In this document: positions 30,806 through 40,877 of the stretch, in pieces
How positions within the stretch are numbered: the stretch's first letter is position 1
Layout: each line of letters starts with the position of its first letter
IMG/VR virus record: IMGVR_UViG_3300025161_000006
Coordinates: 18,060-82,059 of that record
Reading direction: 5' to 3' (one strand)
DNA: 64,000 nucleotides
Source of the DNA: a virus
Made by a program: the position numbers and the translations under genes
The notes under the pieces: generated by a model
Told to the model about the DNA's origin: nothing
Seen by the model: the letters and a program-made list of their open reading frames with translations, nothing else
The model's database searches: none

Positions 30806-33800
30806 ATGGCAACAAGCTGTCAATTTAGAGGTAGTGAAGCATCAACTAAAGCATGGTTCAGGACAAGAGGCTTGATAGATAAGTATTTAAACATTCTTGA
30901 CCTTCCGGGGTTTAGAAGAGAAAATACTAAGTGGAGTAACTATGCTAAGACTAAGTTTAATATAGAAGGCAGACTTTTCTATGAGGAGAACAATGGCACC
31001 AAGGCTGTACCTAATAAGGAAATGTTTGAGAAGATAGATAAAGCTAAGAAAGATAATGGTACATATTACAGTATACAAAGTACAGCACAGGAGCCTGTAG
31101 TTATTGCCAAGTCCTCAGATATAGAAAAGCAGATGGCAGACTTACTCAAAGCTCTTGGTATATCTACTGAAGTTGTTGACAACATCACTGATGCAGCTGG
31201 TAATAAGATACATGCACTTGCTAAGATTGATATTTTCAAACAAGTGCTTCAGGTTGTTCATGGAGAAATAAGCCCTCAGGTTATCTCTGAAGAAGCTGCT
31301 CATGTGTTCTTTAAGTTATTGCCAGAGAATCATCCTCTGCGTAAAAGTGCTATGGAGAGAGTTACTCAAACTCAGATGTATGCACAGATTAAGCAGCAAT
31401 ATGCTGAGGCATATAATCATGATGAGCAAAAGATAAGGGAAGAAGCTGTAGGGCATCTTATTGCTCAGGAAGTAGTTAAGCTGTATAACAAGACAGTTGA
31501 AACTGCATCTACAAAATCCTGGATACAGAAGTTATTTGAAGCTATAACTTCATTTCTTAAAAATAGGTTTGCTCACTTGCCATCATCATCCTTTGATGAT
31601 ATTATGGCTCCATACAGAGAAATAGCTCGTAAGATGGTTAATAAGGATATAGATGAGCTAAGAACCATTGATGAAGTAAAAGGGCAGTATAGTCATCCTG
31701 ATGAGTTCTACTTCTATAATCTAAGTCCAGAGGTAAAAAAACACCGGGAGGCTTTAATTACAGCTATTAAGAATCCACCTGTTACTATACGTTCAAGGCG
31801 TGATGAAAATGGTAAGGTCATTGAAGAGTATGTTAAGGCTGATGGTACAGTAGTTAAGCATAGGGTTACTGACTATGTTAAGGCAATGTACAGGCGTGTG
31901 TTTGGTGATGAGCCTGCTACACTTGAAACAAGAATACAAGCTGCCAGAGGTACGTATATTCATGCTATCAAGCAGATAACTATGCAGATGCTCATAGAGG
32001 GCAGGACAATAGCACCTAACAACAGGACTGTGCTTAATGAAATAGCTGAGAAGGCAAGATTACAGGCACTTGAGAAAGGTGATGTAGCTGATATAGCAAG
32101 TAAGATTGGTGATACACTATTTGAGCTGGGTAATGATAAGGCAACACACTATTCATCTCTAGGTGTTCTTGTTGAATCTACCAAGCAAGTATACAGTACA
32201 ATACAGAGAAACCAAGAGAGGATAAATAAGTTAACAGGAGATAAGGAAGGTAAGGCAACTATTATTCCTGAAGCTGTAGTATATGATGAAGCAAAGGACC
32301 TTGCAGGTACAATAGACTTGCTTGTAGTATATAGTAATGGTGTGATAGGAAGATATGAATACAAGACAATAGATTTTACAGGTAAAGGATATATCTCTGA
32401 CCTTAAGGTAAGAGGTTATGAAATACAGACATCCTGGTATTCACGTATACTTGTTGAAGCATATGGAGCTACAGACTTTGCAGAATCTGTAGTTATACCT
32501 ACTGGCGTATGGAATATTCGTGGTACTAATAGAGTACTCAGAGTAAGTGAGGTTCTTAGTGAGGCAGAGGCTAAGGATAAACCATATCTTGAGCATATAC
32601 CTATTAAGAGCTTCACTATGGATGAGGATGTGAATGAAAGTTTGAAGAAGCTATATGCTCAGCAAGATTTACTTCAGGCTAAGTTAAAAGTAGACCCTTA
32701 TGGCCCACAAGCTGATACTATCAAGGTCAAACTGCGCAGGATAGAAGATGCTATCAAGAAGATAGCTCTGTATAATGACTTCAACTATATTGTCACTATG
32801 GTCAACGATATATCTAAAGACTATAGTACAAGAAGAAAACTTGGTAAAGGTTCACCCAGAGCTATTGACGAGGAATACCTTAATGATATACTCACTGAGT
32901 TGAATGTATATAAAGATATTCTGTCTAATGTGCTTTACAGGTCTAAGTCTATCAAGCTCACAGCAGCTGAAGAATCTAAGATGAATGAAGCTATAGGGCA
33001 GATAGAAGGACTACTTTATGCTGTTAATGGTAGTATGATTGACCTGGTTAATGCTTCTACACGTGAAGGAGGAGATATAAGGAGACCTGGTAGAGCTATT
33101 AGTGCTCTTGGTAGAATATTTAAGAGCCTTAGTGAAATAGACCATCCTGCTTTTAAAAAGCTTAATGAGATTATGCGTAATGTATCTACACAGGCATTTA
33201 ATGATACACAGAAGGTAATAGAAGAAATTACAAAGAAGAGAGAAGCTCTTAAGCAATGGGCTGAAGCTAATGGTATGTCTCTTATGGATGCTTACAGGAA
33301 GTTAATAACAATAAGGACACTTCCTGATGGTACCAGGGAAAAGCAACTTATTACAAAGTATAGTGCTAAGTACTGGCAAGACCTGGCTAAGGCACGTAGA
33401 GAAAAGAGACTACAGTGGATGCTTGCTAATACTAAGTTAGAGACACGTAATGGCAGAATTTATTATAATGAAGCTACAGAGAAAGTATTTAAGGATAAGA
33501 GGCAGAAGTATATTGAGATGCTTGAGTCCAGATATCCTGGTGAATCTGGTGCACAGACAAGAAAGTTATTACTGGATAAGTGGGATGCTAAATATAATGT
33601 AACAACACATCCAGATACAGCTGTATTCAATCCTAAGAACTGGCTTATCAACCCTAAAGAATCTGAAGAGTACTTATCGGATGAGTGGAAGTATATAAGA
33701 AACAACCAGCCTCTTATGGATTTCTATAATATGCTTGTTAAGTATAACAGGCAGTTCGCTGCAATGACATCAAGAGATATAAGCATCACCTTCATACCTA

Positions 33801-35632
33801 ATGTTGTCAATGATATGATTAGCAGGATTGGGCAGAATGGTATTGCATCACTTGGTTCTATGAAGATGAACATACTTGATTCTCTTGCAGTACAGCAGTC
33901 AGATACTATTCGGGGTAATATTGACCCAGATACAGGTAAACCAATTGCTGCTATACCACTGCTGTACACTACTAACATAGACCCTGATAGTAAGAGTGAT
34001 GACCTTGCTACTAATCTTATACTCTTTGCTAAGAGTGCATACTCTTATAAATATCTTTCTGAGACAGAAAATCTGGTGAAGAGCATAAGAGCTATTATCT
34101 CAGGGCCAAGATATGCAACTAATGTGGCGGATAATAAAGGTAGGCCGTTAAGAAATGAATCTGGTAAGTTACTTGAGATGAGTGGTATGCCTGCTGATGA
34201 CCTTGCTTTATTTGATAAGTTTGTAAATGCTCTATGGTATGGACAGAATGTACAGGGAGACTTTACAGCTAATGTACTTGGTAAAGAAATATCTCTTGCT
34301 AAGACCATTGGGTTCTTGCAGAAGTTTATAACCTTTAAAGCACTTGGTCTGAACCTATTTAACTCTCTGGGTAATGACCTTGGTGAAGTAGGCAATGCCT
34401 GGATGGTAGCTTCTGAAGGAAGGTACTTCAATAAAGGTGATATTAAGTCTGCTATTAAAGACATAACTGAAGGTAATGCTGACTTTGTTGAAGCAGCTGA
34501 GAGGATATTCAATCCCCATACTCATAATGTAATTGGTGAGCAGGTTAATAAGATAGCTGCTACATCTATTGAGAGAGCTTTAACAATGGATAATGCTCTT
34601 ATACTTATGAAAGAGCCTGGTAAGATGCTTAATAGAGTTGTGATGATGGCAATGCTTAACCATTATGGAGTAGATGCTGATGGTAATATTGACAGGCTTG
34701 ATAAGATAAGGAAGACTAATCCTAATGCACAGTCATTAAGGGCTATGTTAATACGTGATGCCGATGGAAATATAACTCTTAAGGGTGTTAGTGAAGCAGA
34801 GATTATGAGGTTTAGACATAGAATACAGAAAGTAATCAATTATACACGTGGTGAAACTGCTGAACATGACATTAGAGCTATCAATACAACCATAGCTGGT
34901 AGGTTACTTATGCACTTTAAGAATTGGATTCCTGGACTTTATATGTCCCGATTTGGAGATTTAAGATTTGACGAAACACTTAATGATTTTGATGCAGGTA
35001 GGATGAATATAACCTATCATCAGATAATAGATGGCGGATTAAAGAATGCTGTAGCAGAGGTAAAAAATTTATTGGGGGAGGTAATTACGGGAGGATACCT
35101 TTTTGGAGGTATTAACAAGATGAATATGGCAATTGCCGAAGCAAATTACAGGAAGTACATGGCTGAGCATCCAGAGTTAAGTAGGGAATCATTTACTCTT
35201 GAAGATTATAAGGAACTTGTAAGGTCTAAACTTAAGGGTGCTGTCACAGAGCTAAGGATGATACTGGCATTTATTGCTCTTGTGCTTGGTGCTAAAGCTG
35301 CTATACCTGACGATGAAGAAGATGAACTGTTAAGTAGCCTATCAAGAAGCAGCTATTTACTTGCCAACAGAACATCTCTTGAGTTCTTATTCTTCTATTC
35401 ACCTAAGGCTATGAGTCAGCTTATAACCAGCCCCTTTACTATGTATGGTCTTGTTACAGATGTTGGTAATATGGCTTCTAACTTTGTATCAGAGACATAT
35501 AAAGCTCTTACAGGTACAGAAGACCCTTCAGATAGGTCACCCTTTGGGTACTATTTTGTAACAAGGTTTATACCTGGTGGTAGCTCTGTAACCAAAGCTC
35601 TTGACATCTATAACTCATTCAGAACTAAATAA
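30806..35632 (+). CDS. Large virion cargo protein with a degenerate zincin-like region and a PD-(D/E)XK nuclease-like domain
   Basis: 1608 aa. EEAAH...REEA, and RGTYIH...AGTIDLL...YEYKT. Hydrophobic C-terminal segments. Confidence 0.7.
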   Translation: MATSCQFRGSEASTKAWFRTRGLIDKYLNILDLPGFRRENTKWSNYAKTKFNIEGRLFYEENNGTKAVPNKEMFEKIDKAKKDNGTYYSIQSTAQEPVVIAKSSDIEKQMADLLKALGISTEVVDNITDAAGNKIHALAKIDIFKQVLQVVHGEISPQVISEEAAHVFFKLLPENHPLRKSAMERVTQTQMYAQIKQQYAEAYNHDEQKIREEAVGHLIAQEVVKLYNKTVETASTKSWIQKLFEAITSFLKNRFAHLPSSSFDDIMAPYREIARKMVNKDIDELRTIDEVKGQYSHPDEFYFYNLSPEVKKHREALITAIKNPPVTIRSRRDENGKVIEEYVKADGTVVKHRVTDYVKAMYRRVFGDEPATLETRIQAARGTYIHAIKQITMQMLIEGRTIAPNNRTVLNEIAEKARLQALEKGDVADIASKIGDTLFELGNDKATHYSSLGVLVESTKQVYSTIQRNQERINKLTGDKEGKATIIPEAVVYDEAKDLAGTIDLLVVYSNGVIGRYEYKTIDFTGKGYISDLKVRGYEIQTSWYSRILVEAYGATDFAESVVIPTGVWNIRGTNRVLRVSEVLSEAEAKDKPYLEHIPIKSFTMDEDVNESLKKLYAQQDLLQAKLKVDPYGPQADTIKVKLRRIEDAIKKIALYNDFNYIVTMVNDISKDYSTRRKLGKGSPRAIDEEYLNDILTELNVYKDILSNVLYRSKSIKLTAAEESKMNEAIGQIEGLLYAVNGSMIDLVNASTREGGDIRRPGRAISALGRIFKSLSEIDHPAFKKLNEIMRNVSTQAFNDTQKVIEEITKKREALKQWAEANGMSLMDAYRKLITIRTLPDGTREKQLITKYSAKYWQDLAKARREKRLQWMLANTKLETRNGRIYYNEATEKVFKDKRQKYIEMLESRYPGESGAQTRKLLLDKWDAKYNVTTHPDTAVFNPKNWLINPKESEEYLSDEWKYIRNNQPLMDFYNMLVKYNRQFAAMTSRDISITFIPNVVNDMISRIGQNGIASLGSMKMNILDSLAVQQSDTIRGNIDPDTGKPIAAIPLLYTTNIDPDSKSDDLATNLILFAKSAYSYKYLSETENLVKSIRAIISGPRYATNVADNKGRPLRNESGKLLEMSGMPADDLALFDKFVNALWYGQNVQGDFTANVLGKEISLAKTIGFLQKFITFKALGLNLFNSLGNDLGEVGNAWMVASEGRYFNKGDIKSAIKDITEGNADFVEAAERIFNPHTHNVIGEQVNKIAATSIERALTMDNALILMKEPGKMLNRVVMMAMLNHYGVDADGNIDRLDKIRKTNPNAQSLRAMLIRDADGNITLKGVSEAEIMRFRHRIQKVINYTRGETAEHDIRAINTTIAGRLLMHFKNWIPGLYMSRFGDLRFDETLNDFDAGRMNITYHQIIDGGLKNAVAEVKNLLGEVITGGYLFGGINKMNMAIAEANYRKYMAEHPELSRESFTLEDYKELVRSKLKGAVTELRMILAFIALVLGAKAAIPDDEEDELLSSLSRSSYLLANRTSLEFLFFYSPKAMSQLITSPFTMYGLVTDVGNMASNFVSETYKALTGTEDPSDRSPFGYYFVTRFIPGGSSVTKALDIYNSFRTK

Positions 35633-35669
35633 GTGGAAGGGTGTAATTACAATGTAATTACACCCCCAC
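35633..35669. terminator. Inverted repeat at the convergence of the two transcription units, probable bidirectional terminator
   Basis: GGGTGTAATTACA-A-TGTAATTACACCC, a 13-bp perfect IR between convergent stops. Confidence 0.65.
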
Positions 35670-35673
35670 GTTA

Positions 35674-35922
35674 TTATACAAGTTCTATGTGTGGATATCT
35701 ACTCTTAATATAACGTGCTATTGTTTTAGCAGCTCTCTTCTTATTACTACAATAAAATACAGTGTTCAAAGGGTCACCAACAACTTTGTAGGGTTTCTTA
35801 CGTGCATCTCTCTTCTTAACAATAGCAAGCCATTTCATAGCAATTTCTCTGGCTACTCTATCTTCTTTAAATAGCAGAGCATAAGTTGTTAAAGGTTTGG
35901 GTTCATTACTTGCGTACATCAT
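35674..35922 (-). CDS. Hypothetical basic protein
   Basis: 82-aa ORF, overlaps the upstream gene. Confidence 0.55.
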   Translation of the reverse strand: MMYASNEPKPLTTYALLFKEDRVAREIAMKWLAIVKKRDARKKPYKVVGDPLNTVFYCSNKKRAAKTIARYIKSRYPHIELV

Positions 35923-36196
35923 AAGCAGTTAAATTTTTAACATGTTCAACTTCTTCTTTTGTATATACACCATAGGTTAGATAAATCCACGAGACAAGCA
36001 TTTCTGCTTCTTTATCAGTTAATCCTTTCTCTTTAGCATATTTCAAGCATTCATTAAACACCTGTTCTCTCTTCTCCTTAGTTGTAAGAAATATCTTCTT
36101 AAACTTTGGCACATTGTAATAAATAATAGGAAAGTGATTAATCTCTCCCTGCTTACTAACGAACATTCTTGTTAGTTCTTTTTCTATCTCTGTCAT
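35906..36196 (-). CDS. Hypothetical protein
   Basis: 96-aa ORF. Confidence 0.6.
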   Translation of the reverse strand: MTEIEKELTRMFVSKQGEINHFPIIYYNVPKFKKIFLTTKEKREQVFNECLKYAKEKGLTDKEAEMLVSWIYLTYGVYTKEEVEHVKNLTAYDVRK

Positions 36197-36214
36197 AGCT
36201 TTCTGTTTTAGCTG

Positions 36215-36904
36215 TTACCACCTTATTTCTTTCTTATTACAAGCAGATAAATACTTATTACATGCTCTGAAATGTCCGCACCCTTTGAATGGAGTACTTG
36301 TCTTATCATATCCAAGGGGTGATGGATGAGATGCTTTCAGGCATATATGACCTGGATTTATAATCATAGGAGCCATACTCTGTGCATAGTTACCCCATAA
36401 CATCCAAACAAGTATAGGTTTAGTATTGAGTGCTTTTGTAACTATTCTAGTAAATGGCTCCCATAGTTTAGTATGTGTACCGGGTTTGTTGCGTACAACT
36501 GTATGAGCTACATTTAATAGTAGTACACCCTGTTGTACCCATGAAGTAAGGGATATATCTTTACAAGCATCTTCACCATATTCAGCTCTAACCTCAGCGA
36601 TAATATTCACAAGGCTTGGACTAATAGTTTTAGTTGTAGGGTTATTACCAAAAGCATGTCCCATGAATACTTCAGGCTGTGGATAAGGGTCTTGACCTAT
36701 AATAACCACGTTGGTTTTATAGAATGACAAATCTCTGAATATTTTGAGTATCAGTGAAGACCCTAATGGTGGTTCTACAGGTAAGTACGCTCTTTCTGAA
36801 AGTACCTTTCTGCTAATAGAAGCAAGTATTAACCACACATTAGGGTCTGCTGATTCTAATGCCTCACACCAATCTTCAGAGAAATACTTTTTAAGTTCAT
36901 TCAT
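36215..36904 (-). CDS. ung: Uracil-DNA glycosylase, family 1
   Basis: GQDPYP, SPSLVNI, QGVLLLN, LWG and HPSPL motifs. Confidence 0.95.
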   Translation of the reverse strand: MNELKKYFSEDWCEALESADPNVWLILASISRKVLSERAYLPVEPPLGSSLILKIFRDLSFYKTNVVIIGQDPYPQPEVFMGHAFGNNPTTKTISPSLVNIIAEVRAEYGEDACKDISLTSWVQQGVLLLNVAHTVVRNKPGTHTKLWEPFTRIVTKALNTKPILVWMLWGNYAQSMAPMIINPGHICLKASHPSPLGYDKTSTPFKGCGHFRACNKYLSACNKKEIRW

Positions 36905-37680
36905 ACTTCTGAGTCTATAAGTTCATTCTCAATCACGGGCTTACTATCAAGTTCCATATCAGGACTAAGGTCAACTCCAAGAAATTTACTAAGTTCTTTA
37001 CGTAGTTCTTCGCTCTTATGAAGTACACTATTTACTTTTTTCTTGAGTTCCTTGTCTGTATAATATAGACCAGCCATGTACTTAAGTTGGTCAGATACTT
37101 TAGAGTACTGGCCATTAAGTACCGCATCAACGTCACTAAGATGCTTATCAGGTATAGCGTAATAATAGCCAGTATGATAGGAATCAAGCTCAACACAACC
37201 AATATAGAAAGGATGAGCTTTGAGAAGTCTTTCAGTAAGTAAGTAAGTTTCATGGCTTGAAAATAAATATTTTAATACTAATAAGTTTTTATACTCGCGA
37301 TGTATGTATGCATTAATGAGATACCAATGGTACAACATTGCAGCATCCGTATATTGTGGTGCATATAAAAGAGGTGTAAGATACTGAGTTACTTTATTTC
37401 TTTCTGATACAATAAGAATGTAAGAATGTTCTTCTTTCTTAACTATAGAGCTTATTCTATAAGGTATTATGTAAGGTATAGCATGTCTTGTATCAAATAC
37501 TACTTCTATAACACCACCCCTTGTTATGAGAGGATTATTACCAATGTACAATTTTTCAATAGCATCTTCTTTGTCTCTTCCTTCTGTAATTAGTGGCGAG
37601 GATATAATTACTCTTGTTGCATTAAGTACTACAGCATTTACTCCTTTAACATCTGTCTCACCACTACTTGTTACTCTCAT
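36901..37680 (-). CDS. Hypothetical protein
   Basis: 259-aa ORF, ATGA-coupled to ung. Confidence 0.65.
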   Translation of the reverse strand: MRVTSSGETDVKGVNAVVLNATRVIISSPLITEGRDKEDAIEKLYIGNNPLITRGGVIEVVFDTRHAIPYIIPYRISSIVKKEEHSYILIVSERNKVTQYLTPLLYAPQYTDAAMLYHWYLINAYIHREYKNLLVLKYLFSSHETYLLTERLLKAHPFYIGCVELDSYHTGYYYAIPDKHLSDVDAVLNGQYSKVSDQLKYMAGLYYTDKELKKKVNSVLHKSEELRKELSKFLGVDLSPDMELDSKPVIENELIDSEV

Positions 37681-37716
37681 AATCTCCTTGCTTTAGTGGT
37701 TAATACTAAGCTTCTT

Positions 37717-37887
37717 TTACAATACTTCACGTTGTAAATCTCTCATTAAATCATCAAGTTTTCCTATTAGCTCATTCTTTATACTTTCAGCTTTTGTGTA
37801 TTTTCCATTGGCATATAAATTTTGCATATATTCTATATCTTCGATAAACTTAGCTAAATTTATCGAAACTTCGACAGCTACTTTCAT
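37717..37887 (-). CDS. Small hypothetical protein (56 aa, not in the ORF track)
   Basis: MKVAVEVSINLAKFIEDIEYMQNLYANGKYTKAESIKNELIGKLDDLMRDLQREVL* fills the intergenic gap. Confidence 0.55.
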   Translation of the reverse strand: MKVAVEVSINLAKFIEDIEYMQNLYANGKYTKAESIKNELIGKLDDLMRDLQREVL

Positions 37888-37917
37888 GTACTTCTATATT
37901 TAAAATATTTATACTTA

Positions 37918-38169
37918 CTATTGGTCAAACTTCATTTGTTTGTAACATATTGTACATATGATTTTACCATCAACCACATCTATCTCTCGTGGTATAAAGC
38001 ACTGGCAATATTCTTCTTTTGGCATGCTCTCCAAAACTTTATACACCATCTGCTTTAACTTCTCTTTGAGAAGCTCAAAGTCACTATAACCCATTTTCCC
38101 TTCTGCTGATTGTACCATAAACTCTTGAGCAGTCTGCTCAACTAATTTATTTATATCTTTTTCTTCCAT
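37918..38169 (-). CDS. Hypothetical protein with a C-terminal zinc ribbon
   Basis: CQC...CTIC. N-terminus weakly resembles the 40274 and 40581 paralogs. Confidence 0.6.
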   Translation of the reverse strand: MEEKDINKLVEQTAQEFMVQSAEGKMGYSDFELLKEKLKQMVYKVLESMPKEEYCQCFIPREIDVVDGKIICTICYKQMKFDQ

Positions 38170-38193
38170 AGTTTTAATAGTTTAATGTTATAC

Positions 38194-38631
38194 TTAATCA
38201 CACTTTTTATATTTATAAATAACTTGTTCGAATAACTTCAGTTTAGCAATATCATTCTCAAGTTCTTTAATTTTAGATAGTACTGATTCAAGTGTGTCCT
38301 TTCTTCTTTTCAATAGTTTTCTATATGCTGGAGTCTTTGATGCCTCAAGAGTTGTGTAAAATTCCTTATCACTATGCCAGAAATATTGCGGGTAATCCGG
38401 GTTATCATTAAGCATTGCAACATATCTAAACATTTCTTTATTATCTGCCTGGGTCACAAGTAATCTACATGGCTCATGGTCTCTACAATTTCGGCATTCT
38501 ATATCATATAATATACAACCCTTATCATCTATAACATTACGAACAACATATCGAAATGTACCACCCTTCAGTAGGTCATATCCATACAATGTGTCACCGA
38601 CTTTTAGCTTTATTCTTTTTTCTTTATTCAT
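38194..38631 (-). CDS. Hypothetical protein, paralog family D (SH3/KOW-like N-terminus plus coiled coil)
   Basis: LKVGDTLYGY, CRNCRDHEPC. Paralog of 38628-39104. Confidence 0.65.
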   Translation of the reverse strand: MNKEKRIKLKVGDTLYGYDLLKGGTFRYVVRNVIDDKGCILYDIECRNCRDHEPCRLLVTQADNKEMFRYVAMLNDNPDYPQYFWHSDKEFYTTLEASKTPAYRKLLKRRKDTLESVLSKIKELENDIAKLKLFEQVIYKYKKCD

Positions 38632-39104
38632 AAGCTACCAGATTTAGTGGGTTCTTGACAATCTTTTATGAGCATATTTAACTTATTTATATCTTCCTCA
38701 AGCTCTTCAGCTTGCTTTTTCAACAACTCAAGTTTTTCTCCCTTGTGTCTTAGCATATGATTATATGCTGCAATTTTTGCATCTATAATAGTTAAGTAAT
38801 ATTTCTCATCTTCATGCCAGATATACTTACGTCCATCCTCATCCTCATCCTCATCCTCATCCTCATCGTCTAAGTCTATGTTAATTATTGTAGCATATTG
38901 AAATTTTTTCTCGTCATCAATTTGAGATATAAGTATCCTGCAATATTCTTCAGGGTCAGAATTTGTATATTCTATTTCATAGAGAATAGCATTTCCATAG
39001 TCTCTAATACCACAAACAGTATAAGTAGATATGTCATTCTTTATTGGTGAATACCCATACAGTATGTCACCAATTTTAAGTTTTATTATTTTTTCTGTAT
39101 CCAT
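38628..39104 (-). CDS. Hypothetical protein, paralog family D, with a poly-ED insertion
   Basis: LKIGDILYGY. Colinear with 38194-38631. Confidence 0.65.
   Translation of the reverse strand: MDTEKIIKLKIGDILYGYSPIKNDISTYTVCGIRDYGNAILYEIEYTNSDPEEYCRILISQIDDEKKFQYATIINIDLDDEDEDEDEDEDGRKYIWHEDEKYYLTIIDAKIAAYNHMLRHKGEKLELLKKQAEELEEDINKLNMLIKDCQEPTKSGSL
38834..38863. repeat. (CATCCT)5 in-frame hexanucleotide microsatellite
   Basis: Five perfect copies encoding EDEDEDEDED on the - strand. Confidence 0.9.
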
Positions 39105-39115
39105 AACTTAATTTT

Positions 39116-39367
39116 TTAAAGGTTATCATTTTCTATGACATCTAAAGAACCACTTAAATCTTTACCAACTATTTTATAGTCCCCCATTGCAATACTCATA
39201 TACAACATATTAAGTATATAATTACTGTTAGGAACAATCTGGTAAATATTCCCATTACTTAAATGAATAAGAATAGTTATCCCTTTAATTTCATTTTTAA
39301 AATTTTCAGAATCATTATTACCATCAGACTTCTCACTGGAAGTAACTTCCTTTTGTGCTTTACTCAT
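39116..39367 (-). CDS. Hypothetical protein
   Basis: Likely start MSKAQK at 39367 (ATGA overlap with the upstream stop). ORF open to 39433. Confidence 0.55.
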   Translation of the reverse strand: MSKAQKEVTSSEKSDGNNDSENFKNEIKGITILIHLSNGNIYQIVPNSNYILNMLYMSIAMGDYKIVGKDLSGSLDVIENDNL

Positions 39368-39783
39368 AATAATTTGATTTTTTTTGGTTTGTATATTCTT
39401 AATTTGGGGTAACGTTGTAAAAGATGTTCCCAATTAAGTTTTTCCAACATTTCTGCATTACAATATTTTATAAGTCTGGGATGATTACTCAGCAGCGTAT
39501 TCCAGTGATAATTATCCAATTTGTTCCAATCACAATACTTTGCGTATTGTGACTGATAAGATAATAAAACTGACCATTCATAACCATCTATTTCATCCCA
39601 ATTACAATGCTTTGCAAATTGTGTATATCCATGCCTAAGTCTCCACAACCTAAAATTAAGTGGGCATTTTTCAAAAACCTCCTGCAATGTTTTACAGGAA
39701 TAGTTAAATTTTATACCTTTCTTGCAAGCTCCATTGACTTCCCACTCTTTATGTAGCTCTTCGAGTGTATTAAAGGTTTTCAT
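39364..39783 (-). CDS. Trp/Cys 24-aa repeat protein, paralog B2
   Basis: Three CxWxxLxxxxWxxLLxxxP repeats. Paralog of 40878-41363. Confidence 0.7.
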   Translation of the reverse strand: MKTFNTLEELHKEWEVNGACKKGIKFNYSCKTLQEVFEKCPLNFRLWRLRHGYTQFAKHCNWDEIDGYEWSVLLSYQSQYAKYCDWNKLDNYHWNTLLSNHPRLIKYCNAEMLEKLNWEHLLQRYPKLRIYKPKKIKLL

Positions 39784-39810
39784 AATTCACTTTTTAATTT
39801 AACTTTTTAT

Positions 39811-40236
39811 TTAAAAATCTTTTGGTACATATTTCTCCCATTTATCCTTATGCTCGGAACAATACAGTACTAAAAATTTTAAATATCTCCAGTTAAATTT
39901 ATCAGGGTCAAACCACTTATCAAAATCATTATTAATATGATGCTTCTTACCAAATATGATTTTATCAGTCCTCCATTTATTTCCATCAGGGTCTTTAATT
40001 ACCTTAGCATCTTCTGGTATAGTTACCTCTCTAATCCATGTACCATAATCCAAAAATTTTACTAAGTTTTCATAGTCTGTGAAATAAAATCCACCAGGAA
40101 CGCATGAAGCGGTAGAGTCGTCATTAAATTCTTCTTCAAGAATGTTTAACCCATCCTCGTATGGGTAACCATGATGAATTTCATCTTTATTGGTTACCTT
40201 GTAGTAGATTTTAGTATAATCAAATTCTTCGTTCAT
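39811..40236 (-). CDS. Hypothetical protein, paralog A2 (conserved N-domain plus one WFDP repeat)
   Basis: Near-identical N-domain to 41374-41967 (FNDDSTASCVPGGFYFTDYENL). Confidence 0.75.
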   Translation of the reverse strand: MNEEFDYTKIYYKVTNKDEIHHGYPYEDGLNILEEEFNDDSTASCVPGGFYFTDYENLVKFLDYGTWIREVTIPEDAKVIKDPDGNKWRTDKIIFGKKHHINNDFDKWFDPDKFNWRYLKFLVLYCSEHKDKWEKYVPKDF

Positions 40237-40273
40237 ATTTTTTTTATTTTAAATTCGTACATAGTTTTAAGTT

Positions 40274-40567
40274 TTAAATATTATTTTTAAGCCAATTAAA
40301 CGCCCATTTAATCCCAGCTTTTAAGCCATCGTAATAATCCTCACTTTCATAGCCATAAGGTATGAGCTCATTTATTTGTTCTTCTACTTCAGCATCAGTT
40401 GGTAATTTCTTAATAATGCTTTCTATTACTTCATCAGCCATAGCAATTAAGGCATTAACGACGTCTTTCCTATCAAAATCAACTCCAAAGGTAGCTGGTG
40501 TATCTTTAGCAGTTATAAATTCAGAACACATTTGTTCTGCAAGCTGTTCGATTTTTTCCTGTGTCAT
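40274..40567 (-). CDS. Hypothetical protein, paralog C2
   Basis: TFG...DVVNALIAM...LP...LIP shared with 40581-40865. Confidence 0.65.
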   Translation of the reverse strand: MTQEKIEQLAEQMCSEFITAKDTPATFGVDFDRKDVVNALIAMADEVIESIIKKLPTDAEVEEQINELIPYGYESEDYYDGLKAGIKWAFNWLKNNI

Positions 40568-40580
40568 AGTTTTAAATTTC

Positions 40581-40865
40581 TTAAAGATTATCTGTAATTA
40601 AATCAAGCAAAGTTTGCATACCTAATCTAATGCCCTCTCGCAAATCCTCATTCTCACCCCCACTTAAATCAACCCATGGTATTAAGCGCTCCAACTCATC
40701 CTGGTCTGGAAGTGATTGCTTCACTTTTTCCATTGTTTCATAATGCATAGCAAGTAAAGCATCAATAATGTCTTCTTTTTCAACACTAATACCAAATGTT
40801 ACCCTAATACCAATATGCTCATAATATACTTGCATCGCAAGATTATCTATTTCTTGTGTTTTCAT
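40581..40865 (-). CDS. Hypothetical protein, paralog C1
   Basis: TFG...DIIDALLAM...LP...LIP. Confidence 0.65.
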   Translation of the reverse strand: MKTQEIDNLAMQVYYEHIGIRVTFGISVEKEDIIDALLAMHYETMEKVKQSLPDQDELERLIPWVDLSGGENEDLREGIRLGMQTLLDLITDNL

Positions 40866-40877
40866 AGTTATGCGAAT

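Noticed and set aside
1293-34512. Many 60-175-aa minus-strand and alternate-frame ORFs within the structural module
   Set aside because: They are shadows of long, motif-bearing + strand genes, with no recognisable motifs.
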